Below are positions 59,601 through 64,000 of a DNA stretch of 64,000 nt, in pieces. Position numbers and translations under genes: made by a program. Positions within the stretch are counted from its first letter, which is position 1. Each line of letters starts with the position of its first letter. A model generated the notes under the pieces. It was not told the origin of the DNA and did no database searches. It saw only the letters and a program-made list of their open reading frames with translations. The stretch comes from Styela clava (taxonomy: Eukaryota): the NCBI RefSeq assembly GCF_964204865.1, contig NC_135250.1, forward strand, positions 248,001 through 312,000. Reading direction: 5' to 3'.

Positions 59601-62369
59601 TTAATAACACGCAGATAGGGTTAAATCTGTACCACATATCTCGAATTCTAGATCCTAGTATTTTGCGAGTTTTTCCAATATTTTTCAGAGGAGTTTCTTT
59701 GGGATGGTATATCCATATTAATTAGCAGACAGGTTTTTTTGTGGAATCTTCTACTATGATATCAGTTCGATTTGCCACAGTAGTTTTTTCAGTATGAACA
59801 GTAAAATTTCACGAAATTGTTAACTTTTCTGTCATAAATATTAATAATTATTTTCAATAAAAATATTTAATCACCCAGACTATGCAGACATCTTACGGAT
59901 ACATTATTGAGGATTAATATTTTAACAAGTTTTTTACCTTCGCAAACTCTGCTCGCAAAAAGTTTGTAGCCCTCTGGACATTCGCAGATAAAAGATCCGA
60001 AAACGTTGACGCATTTTCCATCTTGGCATAAACCTGGAAGCTCCGTACATTCATCAACGTCTTCCAAGTCCTCTGTGATCGGGTCGGATTCAAAATCATG
60101 GTTTTCATCTGATTATAAAGGTTGCAACATTCAAGTTATCGATGTAGAAGTCTTACTGTGTACAAGGCCTAATACTAGTAGCTAAAAAAACTTGTTGGTA
60201 CTAGGACTGGGCATTTTCGAATATCTGATGAATTCAGAATCAAATCGAATATTATTTTAAATTGAATCTCGATTATTTAGAATATATATAGTTGTCTTGA
60301 CTGTTTTTATTGTAATGGATTCTTTTCAAGCACATAAATTTGTGAAAGCATGTAATTTATTGGTCAGGCAGTTAGTTCACTGAGCGTTCCCACATATTAC
60401 GAAACATTTTCATCAATAACTCGGAAAAAAAAGAGTCATGCTTCAGAATTTGACTTTAAAAATTTTATATGAATAAAAAAAATGAAGGATTCACTCGACT
60501 TGACTAGGCGGGCAAAAATAAAACAAGATGGCGACAATTCAAAATTCCTGTCTTCCGTTTCAAATAATATACTATTTGATAAGATTCAAAAGGCCCTTCC
60601 CTAGTTGAGACGTTATGCTAGTTGTTTTCAACCACCATTACGTGACGCCCTGGGATTCCGCCGGTTTCCAGTCGAATTCGTGTCCATGTTAATATTGGCC
60701 AAAATCCTGTCTGACTAAAATTTGAACCCGATACCTTATCCGGATTGACTCCAACTCCGATTCAACTAAAATTTGTATTCAGGCAACACTCACCAATGCA
60801 TCCGACATGGACAGGATTATAAATAAACCCCTTTGGACATTGACATTCATAGGATCCGAAATAGTTGACACATTCACCGTTGATGCATTTGGCCACGTCA
60901 GTACATTCGTCAATGTCAATGCAGTTTAATCCTTGTTCGTCAATCTGCAAACTAAAAATAACAAAATGTTGTAAAATATTTCGTTCCTCTCATAAATAAT
61001 AGTAATTTATTGTAAGGCTCGGCGGTGTGCGTTGGAATACGCTCGTCACCACACCTCTGAGTACTCAGCGTGGGTTCGTAGGTTCGAATCCCATGCGGTT
61101 ATAGTTATGTGCAAGAGGATTGTTGGACCTTTCGCCACCATAGGCTGGCCAGTTACAACTTTCTCCACCATTAAGTCCATGCATCTGAAGCAAATAACTG
61201 GCTAACTAATGTCATACCAAAATTGAAATGGTAACCAGAAAAGAAGTCGAGGTTCGCCATATGTTTACGCCGTCTTGTCGGTTTTCTCTTCCTGAAGATA
61301 AATATGTAAATACTATCATACCCATCAAGGCATTCACAAGTGAATCCTCCTGGAACATTGATGCATCGACTGTTCACACAGATGTTCTCTTGGTCGCAGT
61401 TATCGATATCTGAAATAAAAAGGATTGCTCGACAAGTCGTGGCCAGTCAGAACATTTGAAATCTGAACCAGTCTAAACTTCTAGTAGACCGGGGCATTTT
61501 GAATCGTTGATATTTTTGTTTTTTGTCCTTCAACAGGTTGGGGGGGATCTTCACTTTTTTTTATTCAATTCATATTTTAAAAATTCAAGTCTGACATATG
61601 ACTAACTCCTTCCAAATTAGTTTGATGAAACATGTTTTGTATTGTTTTCTAACGCTCAGCAAACTGTCTGAGGGATGAATTCTATATTCTAATTTTACAA
61701 TGCAATTCTGACATATATATGACTTTTTTTCTTTCTAGTGAATAAATAATAAATAATGTTTCTCATTGTGTGTGAATGCTCAGCAAACTGTCTAAGTGCT
61801 AGATTACATGTTTTCACAAATTTAATTGCCTGATGGATCCATTACAATAAAACTGTCAAAACAACTACATATCTTCCAAGTATTTGATTTTCTTCGGAAA
61901 AAATATTCGATTCGATTCCGAAATCAAAATGCTGGGCGCACAACGGATTTTACTGTTCACTTTACAAGTAAACTCTTCCTAGTTTGATTGCTTGGTAACA
62001 ATATTTCACAGGGTGTTTTTTCACTCTGTTGAGCATGAATTGTTTAAACATAATGGGTTTGGAATCTACCAATCAAAATAACATTATAAATATCAATTGA
62101 ATGATAAACAGGGGGACAAGAGTGCTAAAGTCTACATAAGGGAGCCACGAGCCATAAAAGCTTGGAAACCACTGTCTTAAATTATATCGCGTTCTAGTCT
62201 AATAGAGAGTAGTAGCCTTGTAGTTTATAATGTGATATTGCTTATGTGGAGCCTGATTCAGAGCGAAGAAGGAGAAATGAACTAAATGTTGAATTTACTC
62301 ACATTTCCCTTGACAGTTGATGACGACGAATATAATAAGTAAACCGTTAATCTTCAGTCGTTCAGTCAT
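44682..62369 (-). CDS. Short fibrillin-family protein ('mini-fibrillin'), 13 exons, 736 aa
   Basis: Exons 62369-62303 (signal peptide [21 protein letters not shown]), 61409-61322, 60951-60794, 60108-59938, 58478-58338, 49969-49835, 49641-49411, 48846-48706, 47572-47438, 47244-47014, 46729-46633, 45869-45726, 45153-44682; total 2211 nt, in frame, GT-AG. Contains cbEGF motifs (DIDEC), TB domains (CCC triplet), CYDC and a fibrillin-type C-terminal domain. Confidence 0.82.
45265..45557 (+). repeat. Second array of the 47-bp minisatellite, in the last intron of the fibrillin-like gene
   Basis: CACTCACTCAGAA..GACTCATCTCTGAGTAAAGTTACGGG units; same family as 5047-5327. Confidence 0.88.
47601..47711. 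mobile_element. Short fold-back MITE, family 1 derivative
   Basis: Inverted arms CTCCTGAAGTAT..AAGATG / CATCTT..ATACTTCAGGAG; flanking direct repeat GGATTGT(GG); truncated copy at 57634-57709. Confidence 0.8.
48077..48232 (+). pseudogene. hAT (Charlie/Buster-type) transposase C-terminal dimerisation-domain remnant inside an element beginning ~47839
   Basis: Translates [52 protein letters not shown], matching the hAT W..YP.L..LPF.TT..CE..FS pattern; upstream terminus CAGGGTTTCCCAAACT. Confidence 0.8.
49996..50737 (+). repeat. 5' LTR (742 bp)
   Basis: TG...CA termini with a 6-bp inverted repeat; differs from the 3' LTR by about 4 substitutions and one 1-bp indel (counted by eye). Confidence 0.96.
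50739..50756 (+). promoter_or_regulatory. Primer binding site, tRNA-Trp type
   Basis: TGGTGACCCCCGACGT one base after the LTR; canonical Trp PBS is TGGTGACCCCGACGTGAT (one extra C here). Confidence 0.85.
50967..51641 (+). CDS. gag: Truncated Gag-like ORF (224 aa)
   Basis: First ORF after the PBS. Its C-terminal part [37 protein letters not shown] resembles the N-terminal capsid segment of CsRn1-type Gag; no Cys-His knuckle follows. Confidence 0.65.
   Translation: MSKLQKMFTRSKARKSEQSCVNPYQLTHITPEIPKRRDIEDETEFGLENLNISESNSIEREDDNCNWQSSSPRETKPVVDMELTQCEDLGGDSGQRITFQLPSVRKFNDTNNPFLTNKDRVEDSGPNYGINSRISQITEPRTILYEKHRIPTRPLWENSVKNWIFLTENEFAENQIVSDSQKKNYILRCLNSPQLDLVRARKPLDEHNNNYEKLKQILDGQWTK
51629..53389 (+). 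CDS. pol: Gypsy integrase ORF (pol remnant lacking protease, RT and RNase H), 586 aa
   Basis: HHCC zinc module (IHDLCHPG...CLKCQ), D-D35E triad (IDIVGP, SDNY, IERFHR), GPY module (YQGPYEV), C-terminal [13 protein letters not shown]. No YxDD or D(S/T)G motif in the element's ORFs. Confidence 0.93.
   Translation: MDEIETREAKTAVVKDNDAAKRITSSEPQTHETGAANKSVDAMTHVTSADASRQQTQGTGEACKTVDAMSDITPSEQRNRGTDNTCGVENKSVIENGNVLENKTVNIIYQQQDAIPLTEIAKEQENCKEIQSLKANSGHSLKLAEIAIDNMGGVILCDVSLEHKKARPIIPKILRRRIFDKIHDLCHPGIKSTNNLISERYVWPQMHADITNYVKSCLKCQKNRIFRHTVSQLSSIPIPNERFSEVQIDIVGPFVPSKGFTYIFTMIDRTTRWIEAIPICDLTASTLIDTFLLHWVARFGCPTLLKSDNYSSFRSKNWAQFMNFLGIKHKFSLPYMPQGNGQIERFHRKLKLGLKCQENPSEWSSNLGYVLLGLRSIPKLNGFSLSELAYGRTLRLPGELVESSDITQDFDPYSYVSKLKRFFGNFKALPTRKKLRSNVYIPPKLFTCSHVFQRIDHVKKSLQPNYQGPYEVIFRNKTAFTIKKNKGIERVSINQLKPAEITIFETDKEERPEQKHGVENQNFLTEIEKPPIKTVITPKNNNESFISEFTSPTTKDILWKKENQPKTRYGRTVRPPDRYGQAETEV
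53302..55598 (+). pseudogene. env: Envelope glycoprotein, gB-like class III fusogen, split by a frameshift near 53904
   Basis: ORF 53302-53961 has a hydrophobic signal ([20 protein letters not shown]) and Cys-rich ectodomain start. The second frame is open 53904-55598 (INYKWPTT...), with N-glycosylation sequons, the C..L.K.YP...GDV..C.P...NSL...YS.RPLV motif string, [21 protein letters not shown] and a long basic tail. Confidence 0.8.
56887..57629 (+). repeat. 3' LTR (743 bp)
   Basis: Direct repeat of 49996-50737, followed by TSD GATT. Confidence 0.96.
58944..59181. mobile_element. Fold-back MITE, family 1
   Basis: Same arms as 2596-2816, internal region in opposite orientation; flanking direct repeat CGTTTTTT. 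Confidence 0.85.
61015..61305 (+). mobile_element. tRNA-derived SINE-like element (degenerate)
   Basis: B-box-like GGTTCGAATCCC at 61081-61092. The body matches ~35455-35560, and the 3' part matches reverse-strand fragments at ~29570-29700 and ~43755-43860. Confidence 0.6.
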
Positions 62370-63288
62370 TTTATCTAACTTTTATTGCTAACAATATGAT
62401 CTAGGATACAAACAAAAAAATGAATAATACCTTTACTTTTCCGGTTTTCGTAAAGTTTGTTCTGATTTTCATCGCCTGACAATCTTCACTTGTTTTCAAC
62501 AAAAACTTAGGGGTTAGTGATTTATATTTAGAACATTTTTTGCTCATTATTTTTAGCATTGAGTAGCCGCTCTATAGCAATTGAATGGAGTAAAACCTTA
62601 GCGGTATCTATTTTGTTTAAGTCAAGCCACGCCACAATTTCAAAAATTCGCTAAGGGCAAACAAGCGCAGCTTTTCCACTTTAAAGTAACTTCTGGGTGT
62701 TATGTGAAAATGATTTTTTCAAATTGGTATTTAATTTTGCGACCATTAGAGCTCACCCCATGCCGTTTAGTATTTGAGCATACCCTTGGGTCGCGAGATT
62801 TAACATTATTTTTAAGATTTTTTTTATAAATTGGGTCTTTTGAAAAAGATACCAGCGATTCACGTAATTTGACTGTAAGAACGCACTGTTGTGCTGCTGC
62901 ATAACCAGCGAGCAATTATCTGAGCTAATTCTATCATATTTTCGATCGATTACCATCGTTCAAACGAGCCTCTCTTTATCAGATCTAGAATTAACCAATT
63001 TATAACCAGGCCAGATCACTCATTGGGAAGGGAAAGGCGTAAGATTAGTTGCCAAGACGCTCTGTTAAGCCACACGTGTGCTGCCAGCAAGGAAGTGCCA
63101 ATTTTGAATGGTGTGCGCCCGCTAAACGAGTTTTTAATTTAATTAAATCTAGTACATGCTAGTAATTCCAATTCCTTTACGTTGCAAAACCCATACCTGA
63201 GCTCATGCGTAGTGAACAACGCATGTCATTAGATCAATACCCAAAATGTTTGTGTCTGCAACTACTAGAAAGCATATGTTGAAATAGT

Positions 63289-63402
63289 GGGTGTTCCCGT
63301 GGTATTCGTACGTGGTATGGCGCACAACCTGAACATAGTATGTGTACCAGGTTAGGGTTAGCAGGTTGTGCGCCATATTGGTACGAATATTACGGGAGTG
63401 CC
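63289..63402. mobile_element. Short fold-back MITE, family 1 derivative
   Basis: Arms ..TATTCGTAC..ATGGCGCACAACCTG / CAGGTTGTGCGCCAT..GTACGAATA around GTACCAGGTTAGGGTTAG. Confidence 0.78.
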
Positions 63403-64000
63403 AATAGGTTTGCGGCCTGCGGTTTCACCCAGTTATTTGTATCTGGCCCTCCTGTATTAAAGATTGCACACTCTTAATATAAAGCGTTTATTTTACCAGA
63501 AATTACATCAAAGTGACAAAACTGTATTGTTTGCCATCAGCCATTTTTTGAAACCGTGGCGTGGCTTTACTTAAGCAGATTAGATGCTGCGAAGTTTTTA
63601 CGATTTCCTATTTCCCACAAATACAATTACTTCTAAGCAACACTCCAAAACAAACAATAAAATTTACTAGGAAATAAACCGAATAACTTTTAATTTTATG
63701 GTTGAAACAAAGCGACCTCAGGGGATTTCCACTGACCTAAAGCATGGGCTTCATAGATTTGCAAACTGCACAAAACGAGGTAGCGATCGAAGACCGCAAA
63801 ATAAAATTAAATAATCAATAAACGAGAATATCGGTCAGAGACCAAAGACTTATCGATCGAAAGTTAGGGGATCCCCAAAACAGCGCTCTTACTCCATAGT
63901 GACACCTCGTGTCCCATCACTAATTAATTAATAACTCGCTAATTATACGACATAATTGATCCAAAATCAATAGGCTTCTGGTACGACATATGATAAATGC

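Noticed and set aside
61060-61100. Possible tRNA gene (GGTTCGAATCCC)
   Set aside because: No full cloverleaf could be built; continues into a dispersed repeat body, so treated as a SINE.

Overview
AT-rich, intron-rich animal genomic DNA, most likely an ascidian/tunicate (inferred from actin type, intron positions and repeat content; not proven). Left half (+ strand): a CArG/CCAAT/ETS promoter and probable non-coding first exon at ~5.7-6.1 kb, then four tandem 7-exon actin gene bodies with identical intron positions. One is a highly divergent actin whose subdomain 2 is deleted or replaced (11012-15244); three are 376-aa cytoplasmic-type actins (16098-19569, 20585-23814, 25076-28365). Each body starts at a splice acceptor, and no CArG box was seen between them. 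Middle: hAT-type MITEs with 8-bp TSDs, SINE fragments and a partly resolved secreted CUB/sushi-like gene on the - strand. Right half (- strand): an apparently complete 13-exon, 736-aa 'mini-fibrillin' (62369-44682). It has a recently duplicated three-exon module, no TB4 domain and no C-terminal furin site. One of its introns holds a young Ty3/Gypsy LTR element (49996-57629; >99% identical LTRs, GATT TSD, tRNA-Trp PBS, CsRn1-like integrase, no PR/RT/RNaseH) carrying a frameshifted envelope gene with herpesvirus-gB-like (class III fusogen) motifs. All gene models were assembled by eye from GT-AG sites and frame checks; homology calls rest on remembered family motifs, not on searches.
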